NCBI RefSeq assembly: GCF_009914755.1
Contig: NC_060938.1
Reading direction: 5' to 3' (one strand)
DNA: 64,000 bases
Origin: the human T2T-CHM13v2.0 reference genome, Homo sapiens
The notes under the pieces are model-generated. The model was given only the letters and a program-made list of their open reading frames with translations. It searched no databases and was not told where the DNA came from. The position numbers and the translations under genes were made by a program. Within the stretch, counting starts at the first letter, position 1; each line of letters begins with the position of its first letter. Of this stretch, positions 39,514 to 51,489 are shown piece by piece.

Positions 39514-39631
39514 GAAGGAGAAAGAACCAGAGAAACATAAGGAAGAGTGAGAGGAAGAAAGAAAGATGCAATTTGGGAAGAAATGAAAAAGAAATGAATA
39601 AAGAATAAAATAATGTAACGGTCAATAAATA

Positions 39632-39698
39632 GGACTTGTGAATGGAGGCCTTTAGGCCAAAGGCTATGATTAATTTCAAGCTATGTTACTGAAGTCCA
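39632..39698 (+). pseudogene. SNORD112-like copy with intact stem, C' and D boxes
   Basis: GGACT (39632-36) / AGTCC (39693-97) stem, C' ATGATTA (39666-72), D CTGA (39689-92), C-like GTGAATG. Confidence 0.7.
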
Positions 39699-40205
39699 TA
39701 AACAAAGGACTCAGATCTAAATGGATGAACGAATGACTGGAAGAAAGGGTGGTAGGAAGGTAGGAAGAAAGGAAGGAGGGAAAAAGGGAAGAGAGGAAGG
39801 AACCTTCTTTCCAGTCCTGTGTTCTAGACAGTGGAATGAAGTGGTCCCCAGGGAGGGTGGCTGTAGGCATGTCATGTGCTTGTCACATGCACTTGCCCTG
39901 GCAGGGAGGAGCTGGCTCAGGAAGACCCTGGTCTTGGGGTGCTGTTGCCCTATCTTGGCTGTGTGGGCCATTTCACTGCATCTGTCTCTTCCTCAGTTTC
40001 CCCATCTGTAAACCTGGAGTGGCACCAGCTGCCTACTAGAGTTGATCTTATGTGTCTCTGTTGATGGTACCCCATCTATGGCCTGGATAGGCAGGAAGGG
40101 CTTGGACCCTGAGCCCCGCAGAAGGTTGCATGAACGAGTGGTGTGAAGCCTGTTGGGTAGCTTGGCCACTCCCGCGGCATGGGTCACCTGCACAGGAGGT
40201 TTTGC

Positions 40206-40220
40206 CCACCAGGGGGCAGC
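40206..40220 (+). promoter_or_regulatory. Consensus CTCF motif
   Basis: CCACCAGGGGGCAGC. Confidence 0.65.
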
Positions 40221-41279
40221 AGAGGGTCAGGGAGCAATAGGCCCTGGGTGGAGCATGGGCCCCGCCTGCTGTGTGCCACCCTGGGTGTGGCACCTACTCA
40301 CATCCAGGGGTTGGTGCAGGGAAAGGCCAGAAGGTGGCCAGGCACACCTGAGAAGGGGGACCCAGAAGCCCCGGGACCCAGGAGCCCTGGGCAAGCCACC
40401 AGAAACCTTGTTCTTGCAACTCTCTGCAGTGTGCCCAGGCCACCCTCTGGCCTGGTCTTCCATGGGGCAGGGCGCCCACCCTTCTCAACTCAGGTTTCCC
40501 TGGGCAGCAGGTGCACCTCAGCACCCCTGGGGTTGCAGAAGTGGTCCGGGGACCCTGGCTTCCTTGACATGCCATCCCCAGAGCCTGGTTCAAGGCCTCT
40601 CTGTCTTCTCGGCTGTTTCACGACGTGTTTTGTAACTTGGCGGGATTGCGTTTCGCTGTGTCGAGGTTGTCTCTTCTCTGACTCGCCCTCCGGGGGACTG
40701 CCGGGGTAAATCTGGAGAGTTGCTCGTGCTGACAGTCCTCCCCCAGGGCCTCCCCGGTTCTGTTGAGTCTCCTTTCTCTGTAGTGGAGGAAATGTGTGTA
40801 GTTTTGTGTTGTGTGCCTGTGTTTGTCTGTAAAAGCAAGGACCAAAGTCTCCCTTGTTGACCTGTCAATTCCTATTTGGGACATATAAAAACACTGGATT
40901 CTTAACAAGCGCCCGGAGCAGTAGGAGCACAGCTTGGATGGACTCAGGACTTGTGGCAGGGAGCACGTGGGAGGCAGGGGAGTGGGGTGGGGCCAGGCCA
41001 TCTGGAGTGGGAGGCGTCATGCTCAGAGTGACTCTGTAGACGCTGGGTGGGATGGGGAGTGCGGGCGCAGGCATGGATGGGGCTGTTAGCTAGTGTGATG
41101 CTTGAGGTCTGAGCTGATGGCAGCAAAGTGGGGTGCTCAGGAATCAAAGCTATGGGGTTATAGACAGGATATGAAGGAGGGAGGGAGGCAAGAAGAAGGG
41201 GGTGGTTCCCACGCTTCTAGCTCCGGCCGAGTGGATGGCAACAGCATTTGGAAGGCGGAGGACATGGAATTCATGTGTC

Positions 41280-41377
41280 AGGAGCCACCTTCCGAGCCTC
41301 CAGTACCACGTGTCAGGGCCACATGAGCTGGGCCTCGTGGGCCTGATGTGGTGCTGGGGCCTCAGGGGTCTGCTCTT
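41280..41377 (+). ncRNA. MIR770: pre-miR-770 (intronic in MEG3)
   Basis: Mature 5p TCCAGTACCACGTGTCAGGGCCA at 41299-41321, with a complementary 3' arm (gggcctgatgtggtgctggg). Confidence 0.96.
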
Positions 41378-44300
41378 CTTCTCTTTCAGAATCTGGGGCT
41401 CCAGGCTATGCCTTGGCTGGACTGAGGTCTGGGGGTGCACTTATTATCCCTGGGGACACCTGCTGAAGCTTCTCCCTGACAAGCTGTGTCACTGTTGGAT
41501 GAGGATGGGGCGGGAGGGGTTCAGGGCAGAAGAAGACCGGGAGGGTCTTTCAAAAGAACTCATGTACGGCTGTTAAAAAAAGTCAGCAGAGGCTCAGGAA
41601 GACTTAAAGTGTGCAGAAGGCGGGGAAGGGAGGGCCCATTGCATGCACCAAGAGGAAATTGGAAGGAACAAGCGACGTTGGCTGCTAGGAGAGCCTGCTC
41701 CCAACATCTAGGGGCTGTCCTGACGGGTCACAGTGGGTCGAACTGAGCCAATGAGAGCAGCTCTGGGGAGACCCACTGGTGCCCTGGAGGCTGGGTGGGT
41801 TTGGGTTGGATGAATTCTGTGTGTCCTTTTGGAAATGTGGAGGCCATGAGGGGGGATCAGGGCTCTTAGGGTTTTGACCCTTAAGAGTTTTGTATCTGTA
41901 ATTCAAAGGTTCTTTAGTTCTGGGATGCTGAGATTCGGGATAGGGTTCCTAATGGCACAAAAGCCAGAGATAAAACGTCCTTCACGTGCTCCCTACCCGG
42001 TTCTTTCTGTACCAGACCCACAAGGTCCGAGTTGGGATCCTAGTGCTCCTGTCTGGTCAGGGCCTATCTTTATGTGTTCGTTAAACTTTTAACAATGAGA
42101 ATTAATTCTGTCTCTTGACATTGTCATTTGCATGCTCCCCACACACAAATCCTTTCCTGGTGACACCAGGAGCTACAACTCTCCTTGGCCTCCTCTTGTG
42201 ACTCCCAACTCCCTCCTTGGGAAGCTTGGCCTCAGGACGTCTGGGATAGACAGGCCACGAATCCTGCTGTGTCCCGTTGTGTTCCTAATATAAATGGTGT
42301 GGATGGCACTTGACCTAGAGCAGTGGGAAATGCATGCACCACTCAACATTCTGACATGTCACCCATTTTACATTCTTACAGGCATACTTTTTTTAAAAAA
42401 AGAGTGTCTATTCTTTAATGAGCATCCCTTCTTTAAAAAAACCTAATTGCCATTATTCACCACATACACTTTTTTTTTTTTGTATCCTGCCTCTTCTATT
42501 TAATTTTCTGTCATCAACATTTTCCCTTGTTCCATGAATCTTCATAACCTCACTTGCTGCGTTGTGCCTTGTTGAGTGGCTATGGCGTCATTCACAGAAC
42601 CATTCTGTTATTCTTATGTATAACCACCTTTTAAAAATATTATGAATAATGCCACAACTAACTGCTTAAAACACCCTTTTTTTCATTCTTAAGAATTATG
42701 TTCTTCCACCCAGAAATTATCATTGCTTCACTACAGATCAGTTTCCCCTGCTAGACTGTGAGCCCCATAAGGGCAAGGAGCTTATTGAATTGGCCTTTGT
42801 ATCTCTGATGCCCAACATGTTGTAGACTATAAATAAATGATGAATGAGTGGATGGAAGAATGGAGGAAGGAGCGAGTGAGTGAGTGTTTGGCTGATGGAT
42901 AAGAGGGTGGAAGGATAGGCGGAAGGATGGATTGGTGAATGAATGAATGAATTTCCTTTGGTTAAGTCTCTTGAAAGAAAGGCTATGGATCTTTGTATGG
43001 ATGTTGAATAATTTCAGTAAGCTTACAGCATTTTACAATGTTCAGCAATGTATGACCACTTAATTAAGATATGGCTAGTTTGTCTCTGTTATAAAGTACT
43101 TTTGCATTACTTTAACTTGCATTGCTTTAATTACTAATGATGGGTGAACACTTTGACCTATGTTTGTTAACAAATTGTATTTTATCTTCTGTGAACTGTT
43201 TGTCCAAGTCCTTTGGGTCATGGCTTTCTGAAGAGACTGGTCCCAGATGTCCTTGGGATGTAGGGAGCCCATAGCTCACTGGAGGCATTCAAGGAACCAG
43301 CCAGGCAGCCCTCAGAGAAAGTAGTGTTTAGGAGATTCTCATGGTGTGGGGTTGGCCTAGGTGGCCTTTCAGGTCTGTTTGATGTTAGGATTTGCTTCTC
43401 CCTGGGAAGTGGGTGATGGGGAAAAAGACACCTTCCATTGGCAGGTGTAGACACTGCAGGCTGGACCTCCTGGGTGTGCTTGTGGACTCCGATCTTGCCC
43501 TTGATAAAACCCCTGTGGGACAGGAATAGCTCTTTGAACCTCCAAGGTCCAGACAGCCACATCCTAGCACCCTGTACAATCAGTTAGTGGCCTTCCCACC
43601 AGCGCAGTCACTCATTCCTATTAGATCCCGATGAAGCCAGGCCCTGGGGTTTCCATTTTCCCACCTCTTAGGGGAATTGGGTTCCCCGCGTCCTGTGATA
43701 TGTCAGCAAATGTCCTCAGCCCTGGCCTGCACATGTGGCCTCAGTGGTGGTCTTTGGGGTTTAACTGACGAATGGAACATTTTGGATCAGGACTGATGGG
43801 AGAATCTCCTTTCATTTTTCTTCACCTGGGGCAATTACATTCTAAGGAGCGGAATAAAGGGCATGTTCTGCCCAAAGCATCAGGGCTCACAGGTCAGTCA
43901 CAGCCATTTAGGGAGGGCATGTCACCCAAGGAGGGCTCGCCCTTCTTTCCAGAGCATCCTCCGCTCTCAGCAGAGCTGCTTCTGCCCACCCATCCCTCTA
44001 CTATAGCACTGAGCACTGTTTGCCCGTGTCAGAATCCCTCACCCACATGTTTAGCTTGGTATCCAAGCTTGGGAGGCCGGCAATGACTTTCAACATGAAT
44101 TGCTCCATCTACCCATCCATGCATTTGGCCTACTTATCTTGACCCCGTGCTTTTGGCCTTTTCTTCTCCTGAAAGCAAACCCTTTCATTTTGGGTGGGCT
44201 GTGTAGCGCCATGGGCTGTGGTTATGAAGCAAACACCCTTTCTTGTAGCTGCCTCCTCCGGGGTTACTGCCCTGAGCACGTCCCAGCTGGATCTCGTCTG

Positions 44301-47300
44301 CCACTGTCACCCATAGCTTCTTCCCCATGGTGCTTTCCATATGTCACACACCACGACTGTGACCCAGGGTCGGGGTCAAGAGTAGCCTGGGGCCAAGCCC
44401 TCCCACCCATGAGCGGAGAAGTCCTCCCCAGGCCTCACCTTGCCTGGCGCATGGTCCCTGCCATGAGCTTTGCTTTCAGCCTTTCAGCTTCCTCCACAGG
44501 GTGGCAGTGGTTGTAACTCATCCATTCATCCCTTCATCCCTTCATTCATTCACTCACAGCCAACAGACGTTTTTAAAAAATTAGCCAGTGCTATACTAGA
44601 GCTGGCTCCCAAGGACCCGCTGCCGCATTGCCTTTTGAAACAAAACAATGAACACGTTGGTAAAGGGGCCGTGCTTGTGTGTCGGTGACAAGGCGAGATC
44701 CCTGAGTCAGGTCAGGCTTGTAGATTCGAGTTCTGTTGCGAGTTTGATTGCCCCTCTGACTTTGTCCCCTGTACAACTAGGTTGATTAGGAATCAGCCAA
44801 CTGTGTTCCCTGGGTGCTCAGAAATCACAGCCCATATCCTCGAGAGGCCAAAATGAGAGCCAGGGGGTTCCAAGATGAGTGGCTGCTTCTGGCCGGGAGC
44901 AGGTTTTCAAGTCATTAGAACACTCTGGCCTTTCCTGGAGGTGATCTTGGAGCCATTCCTGCCCCTTTCAAGAGGAGTTAATGCCCAGCTCTGTTTAGAG
45001 AAAATTGGGGGAGATGATTGCTCATGTGGGTGATAAGAATCACCTCCCGTGCAGGGGTCTGCATAGAACACTCCATAGGCAAACCTGGGTGTCCAAGGCA
45101 CGTGGCATTTTGCAAACTCTGGGTGCAGCTCCGAGCTGTCCTGCAGGTCCCAGACCAGGTGAGAACTCCCTGAGTTCCTGCTGCCTGGGTCGGGGGTGAG
45201 GCATAGGTCTTGGGGGTTCAACCTGGAATTCTGAATGTCATTCATTGCATTGGAGAGGAAGGAGAGTAGGCAAAGCCAAGACCCTGGAACTGGACAAACT
45301 CGTGTGGTTTAAAGTCACTGTGAGAGCTGGAGTTGAGTCTGCCTACGGGGGAGGACTGCGGCACCTACCTCGCAGGGCTGTTGTGAGGAGCAATGTAACC
45401 GTGATTTTGAACTGTGATTCTGGAAGGGCGGTGTGCGTGTCCCCGGGGGTGTGCCAGGGGAGTGAGGAGAAAAGGCCAGGGAGACAGCCTCACTCAGGCA
45501 GCTGAGTGGGAGAGCATTTATCTCTAAACCTGGAGGGGTATATGGTGGGACAGGAGGAATTTGGGCAGGAACTTTCATGCTAGGGGTTTGGGGGACTCGC
45601 TGGACAATGCCCCTGGACCCCCCGGGGGTACGCGTTCACGCTCACCTCTGAGAGGCTGGAAACGCCTGGCTGTGCTTTCTGAATGCTGTGTGCTTCCTGC
45701 CTCTGTGCCTGGCCTGTGTGCAGCACCTACTTGTGTCCGCCTTCAAAAGGCCCTTCTGGGTGGTGTCCTTTTCCCCAAAATATTAGGCACCAGCCATCAA
45801 AGATACTGCATTGTTGCCTCCCCCACCCCTCCCCCCAACTGACAACATTTGGGCTCAAATGCAGCAGGCTGGGTGCCCAACACAGTGCCTGGCGAGTGGT
45901 AGCGCTTACGTTTCTTTTCTGTTGAATGGATGGATAGCTAATGAAATTGTAACCAATGACAAGCCTTGATGTTTATAACCTTTACTAAGAGATTATTATT
46001 TTGCTCTTCATGGACCTGTTAACAACCACCATATTGTATCTTACGGACGTTTGTATGCCACGTTTGAAGAGCAGGAGCCTTGTTTCGGCGTCATGTTGGT
46101 GGAACTTGAGCTGTCTGATGCGAATCTGTGTTTTATGTTAGAAAGCGCGTAGCCTTAGGATCTGGCAGACCCAGGGGCCACTTAATTAACCCTTTGCCTC
46201 TTTGACCCTCAATCTCCTTTTCTCTAAGCCATAGGTCACCTGAAAGCCTACCTCACAGGGCTGTTGTGAGGGCCGAGGGTGGGTGTGTTTCAACAGTGTG
46301 CAGATGCTGGCTTTCCCTGGGAATGGGCATATGTTGGGATTTGTCTTGAAAGCATGAGTGATGGCTTTACTAGTCCTAAGTGAATAAAAAGTCAGCCCTG
46401 ACCTTACGCTGGGATTGCATTTCCCACAGTCAGTGGCATGTGCAGACCACTGGCAGAGCAGCCTGCAGGTGCTTAGCGATGTGGGCCCAGAGTAAATATT
46501 TGTTTGATTGATGAGTGATGGCTTTTTCCTTCCTCAGAGTTTGCCCTGCCCCCCATTCCAACGTGGGCTGCTGCTTCTCCCCAGCGGGTTGTAGCTGGCA
46601 GGGCCGTTGTGCTTTGGGGTTTGCTGTACCTGTCGCTGCCGTGAGGGGACGATCTGTCTGCCCGGAGGGGTTTCTGCAAACATTCATGTATGCCCCTGCT
46701 TTCGTTTGTTAGGGAGAAGGAGTGGGGTGACCTAGAGAGAGGATGAGGAAGGGGTTCTGGGTGGCATCCTTGGGGTACCAACCCTGCTTCCATCCTGCGC
46801 TCTGAATTTCCTCACAGCCCTTTTCTGTCTCTGGTAGAAGGTGCAGAAGGTAGGCTTTGCCACCTTCCCTGGGCCTGGCACCAAGCTCGGGGGTCTTGTA
46901 CACACTTTCCCTTCTCTAACTGGGGTGTGGGCCCATTTCCTAGATGAGCTTGCTGAGAATCAGGACAGCTGGTATCAGAGCCAGGACTTCCCAGTCTTGC
47001 ACAAACAACCTGTGCATTTTTGAGTCCACCAAATAAGGCCTCCTGCCTGGTCCGGCTCACCCCTGCCAGCCCCCAGCAAATGCAGCCTGGTGCGTCCCCA
47101 CCCCTGCCAAGAGCCCAGGAGTGCTCTGGCAGAGAAGTGCAGGGATGAGGAAGGAGGCTGTGCCCTCCAGGGGACTCAGCTGCGTTAGAGGAGGTGCTGC
47201 TGCAGTGGCAGGGGTCTCCAGACATCCCACGCAGGGGTCCTTTCAGATCAGGCATCTCTTCACCAGACCACCGTATTCCTTTTTCAGCCCTCGTCTCTTG

Positions 47301-49580
47301 CACGTGGGGGTGCAGTGTTTGGCTCTCACATCCCCACATTCCAGCTGGTGGGGGTTTGAGCTGGGTGTTCCTTCTGCTCCCCACTCCCCACTCACGGCCC
47401 CCACCCCACGCAAGCCTCCCTTGCCCCCACTCTTTGTCTCCAGCTTTCACAGCCTTGGCGGGCAGGCTGCTGCGCCTGTTGCTGCCCCGGCTCTCTTCCA
47501 CCCGCCTCTTCTTTCTCAGCCTGAGCTTTACCGTGAGGTCTGGGCGCCACACCTTGGCCCCTGCCATGCCTGCTCCCAGAAGCACCCACGTGGGTCCCCT
47601 GATTCTCTCCTCCCCTGGGCTTTGCTAAGGAGCCCTTTCATTGTGGCCTTTGGTGTCTGCCTCATGCCCATCCCCTGTTCTTGAGAACTTGGAAGCAGAG
47701 GGGGCCCCTCCTATTGCTCCCAAGAGGCTCCACAGTAGGGAGCCCCTCCCAGGAGATTCTGAGTCTGTGTTTAGGTGTCGATTCCTGGGTGGGCCTTGGG
47801 GTCCCCTCAGGCCAGGCCTGTGTGTGACCTAAGGCTGGGGGGCTCTGTCAGGCACCTAGTGTCCCTTGGAGGTGGGCGGGGCTGGGTCCTGGTCTCCTGA
47901 GGACGGGTGGGGAGACAGGCTCAGGGAGATTTCCACGAAGCTGCCCTTGAACCCCTCCTCTGAGGCCCACACTGCCCTGGCCCTTTACACCCTGCCTCCT
48001 GCACTAGTAGGCACATAATAGATGCTCGCCACCTGTGGAGGGCAGGGTTTAAATGGCTGGAAAGAGCTGAGTGGGCTGTTTGGCTAGCGTACGCGCATTT
48101 GTTTAAAAGGAAAGGGTGTGTTTCTTGGCAAAGACTCTTCGGAGGAAACGCTGAACTGGGGATGGGTCTCTACCTGTTCTGGGGCCTCACTGCCCTTCCT
48201 GCCGGGGACAGGCAGTCACTGGTGGGTTTCCCCCCAGTGGAAACACAATATTTTGGAAATATTTGTATCTAGGATAAAACTTCATCTGGACCAACATGTC
48301 TTTGTTGGTGTTGTGGCCCAGGTGATTTTGAGAATGTAGAATACATTTGGCAATTTCCAAACGGAGTGATGACCTGCTCCTCCGCCCCCCATGCCCTCCC
48401 TGAGGCTGGAGGCTTCAGAAGCCCCTGCCTTGGGAGGAGGCTGTTCTACCTGAGAAGTCTTTGTCCCCACCGTTGGTGACAATCAGCATTGACCTGTGAG
48501 GCACCTGCCAGGTTTGGGACGCAGCTTTAGACATCCAGAAAACCGGGGGTGGAGGGGTGGGGTGGGGGCTTAAGACCCCAGAGCTTGATTCCTTTTAACT
48601 GTCTCATCCCCAAAGAATGGTACATGGGTACCAGGTAGGTTACTTGAATCACCCTGAGCCTCGATTTTCCCACCCGTTAGAAACAGGGTAATTCATGACA
48701 GTGTCCGCTTGGGAGACGGCTGTGACCCCTGAGAATTCTCGCTGCATGCCGTGGGCTGGCTCGTGAGACTCAAGGTCTGGGTTCGAGGCCCCCGCAACCC
48801 CTTCTGACTGTGTGGCCTGGGCGAGTTTGTTGTTTGTAACCTGGAAAGCGTCACACCTGCCTGGCACGGTTATTGTGGGCTTCAATGAGATTGTTTGTGT
48901 GAAATAAACGCTTTGTGACTGGCACACAGGCGCTCTCATCCCGGCTCTCCTGGTGGGCCCGGACCGCTGGGTGCTGGCTGCGGAGGCCCTGTGCTCCCTG
49001 GAACTGTCTGCGCTGGTCCCAGGGACTCTTGGGCAGAGTGGAGGGCAAGGGGGAAAGCACCAGCCTGCTCTGGGGAGACAGTGGCAGAGGGAAGTGTTTG
49101 CTTTTAAATACACTCAGCAGGTTCAGACAGGAGAGGATCCGAGGGGAAATGTTTAGAGCCCTCAGGAGGAGGAAGAGACCGAGTTTTAGGAAAAACATCA
49201 AAGCTGGATAGGTTGGGCAGAAGAGCTGGGGATAGCATTTAGAGAGGCTGAGAGTCCTGGGTTCTGGGTTATCAAGGTGAGAGAAACCAGAGGTTGCCAG
49301 TTGTAGGTGGGCGTCAGGACTAGAGTGATGCTTCCAGAAGTTTCTGCAAGTGGGCCGAGTCTAAGGTAGGGCAGGGTACGCCAGAAGTTGAGGGGCACTA
49401 GGTAGACAGGCCGAGCTGGTGGCTGGGTGCTCCCCTCACCCTCCATGCTGCTAGGAGCCCGTGAGCAGGGACTTGCTCTCCTCTCCCTCCCTCCTGGGGC
49501 CTGCCTGTCTGTCTGTGAACTCTTGTCGGCCAGCGAGGCCGGGAGCAGGTGGCCTTCATCTGCAACTGTGTCTCTCTCAG

Positions 49581-49916
49581 CCTCCACAGCCACGGGGACA
49601 CCCTGCACCTATTCCCACGGGACAGGCTGGACCCAGAGACTCTGGACCCGGGGCCTCCCCTTGAGTAGAGACCCGCCCTCTGACTGATGGACGCCGCTGA
49701 CCTGGGGTCAGACCCGTGGGCTGGACCCCTGCCCACCCCGCAGGAACCCTGAGGCCTAGGGGAGCTGTTGAGCCTTCAGTGTCTGCATGTGGGAAGTGGG
49801 CTCCTTCACCTACCTCACAGGGCTGTTGTGAGGGGCGCTGTGATGCGGTTCCAAAGCACAGGGCTTGGCGCACCCCACTGTGCTCTCAATAAATGTGTTT
49901 CCTGTCTTAACAAAAA
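49581..49916 (+). ncRNA. MEG3: MEG3 terminal exon
   Basis: ctctcag|CCTCCACAGCC...; AATAAA at 49888-49893; exonised MIR core at about 49800-49890. Confidence 0.93.
49888..49893 (+). terminator. MEG3 polyadenylation signal
   Basis: AATAAA about 20 nt before the known 3' end. Confidence 0.88.
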
Positions 49917-50683
49917 CTGATGGATGTGCTACTAATATAAGGAGGGGCGAGTGTTGGGCATCCTGTCTCGCTGGGTAGTGTGATGGGTGGGAGGGCGGGG
50001 GCCGACTTGAACCCCACACACCTGCCAGCACCCTACCCTGCCCACTGGGCTCTCAAAGGGGAGGGTGGCTCTTGGAGGTCCGGAGGTTGACACGTGCTTG
50101 GATGAACTAACATCTCTCTGGTCCCCTCCTTCTACTGATCGTGGGATGCCAGGCTTCTTTCCAGAAGGGACTGTACAGGAGGAGGTGGTGGTGGAGAGGG
50201 GTTCTGAGTTGAGCTCACTGCGTGAGTTCCTGGAGCCCCAGAGAGGAAGCTCCCCTGGGGCTCTGAGTCTTCCTCCTCCTCTTCTCACATTCCCCAGGGC
50301 TGGGCTGAGTGGTCATCATGCTTGAACTGATGTTGAGCGATGGCCAAGATGGCCCAGCCAGGCTGTGGCTAAACTCATTCCTCAAAATGGCTCCTGAGCA
50401 AGGCTCTGTGTGTAGGCTCCTGAGCAGGGCTGCAAAGGTGGAGCCTCAGACCCATCCCTGCCCGCGGCAGCAATGCCGGCTGAGCTGGGGAGGTGAGCCT
50501 TGCACCCCTCAGAGTGGCTTTCTGTGAGCAGCTTGTGGCTGGGCTGAGCGGGGGCACTGAGGGGCAAGGGGCCAAAGGGCACTAGACCCAAGTCAAGACG
50601 GATCCTGAGTCTGCACACCTGGCTTTGCTGCAGCGGATCATAAGGACATGCTCCCTATGGGGAAGGAGAGACCGACTGCTTTT

Positions 50684-51205
50684 GCTGCCACAGCCACCAC
50701 GGCCATCACAGCTACCACGGCCGCCACTGCCACTGCCACTACCACCACCATCACAACCATGGCCGCCACTGCCACTGCCACCTCCTCCCTCTTCTCCTTG
50801 CTCTCCTCCTCCTCCTCTTCTTCCTCCTCTTCCTCCCTCTTTTCCTTCCGTCTCCTCCTCCCTCCTCTTCCTCCTCCTCTTCCTCCTCCTCTTCCTCCCA
50901 CCTTCTCTTCTTCCTCTTCCTCCTCCTCCTTCTTCCTCCTCTTCCTTCCTCTTCTTCTTTCTCCTTCCTCCTTCTCCCTCCCCCTCTTTCTCCCTCTTCG
51001 CCTTCCTTTCCTGCCTTCTTCTCCTCTTCCTTTTCCTCCTTCCTTTTTCCTTTCCTTCTCCCTCCTCCTCCTCTTTCTCCCTCTTCTTCCTTTTTGTCCT
51101 CCTCCTTCCTTCCTTTCATTTGTTTCTCCCTCCTCCCCCTCCCCCTCTCTCTTTTTCTTCTCCTTCTTTCTCCTCCTCCTCCTGCTTCTCCTCCTCCTCT
51201 CCCTC
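50684..51205. repeat. (GCCACT/ACC)n followed by a long (CCT/CTT)n polypyrimidine tract
   Basis: Read directly; it explains the low-complexity ORFs at 50625-51447. Confidence 0.93.
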
Positions 51206-51489
51206 ACAGGGAGGTACCTCAAGAGAACTGCAGGCAAGTCCAGCCGTAAGTGCACAGGACTGAGCATGGCCCCTTTGCTGAGAGAAACAACTGCCTTGGG
51301 GATCATGGCCATGACCTGGCAAAGGAGACCTGACCCCAGCCCCTGATGGAGATGGTGACATGGATGGCGCTGAGTCAGCAGTGAGAAGAGGAGGAGATGG
51401 CCTTCAGAGTGCACCCCACCTAGATGAGTCAGTCTGTGCTCAGCCAAGACCAGGCTGAGAGTCCAGGAGAGTCCTGTGTGGTGAGCAGA

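Noticed and set aside
45362-49833. Recurrent CCTACCTC(A/G)CAGGGCTGTTGTGAGG at about 45362, 46248 and 49807
   Set aside because: Conserved MIR core, not a locus-specific repeat.
50625-51447. Ser/Pro/Leu- and Glu/Arg-rich ORFs
   Set aside because: Translations of a simple CT/GA tract.
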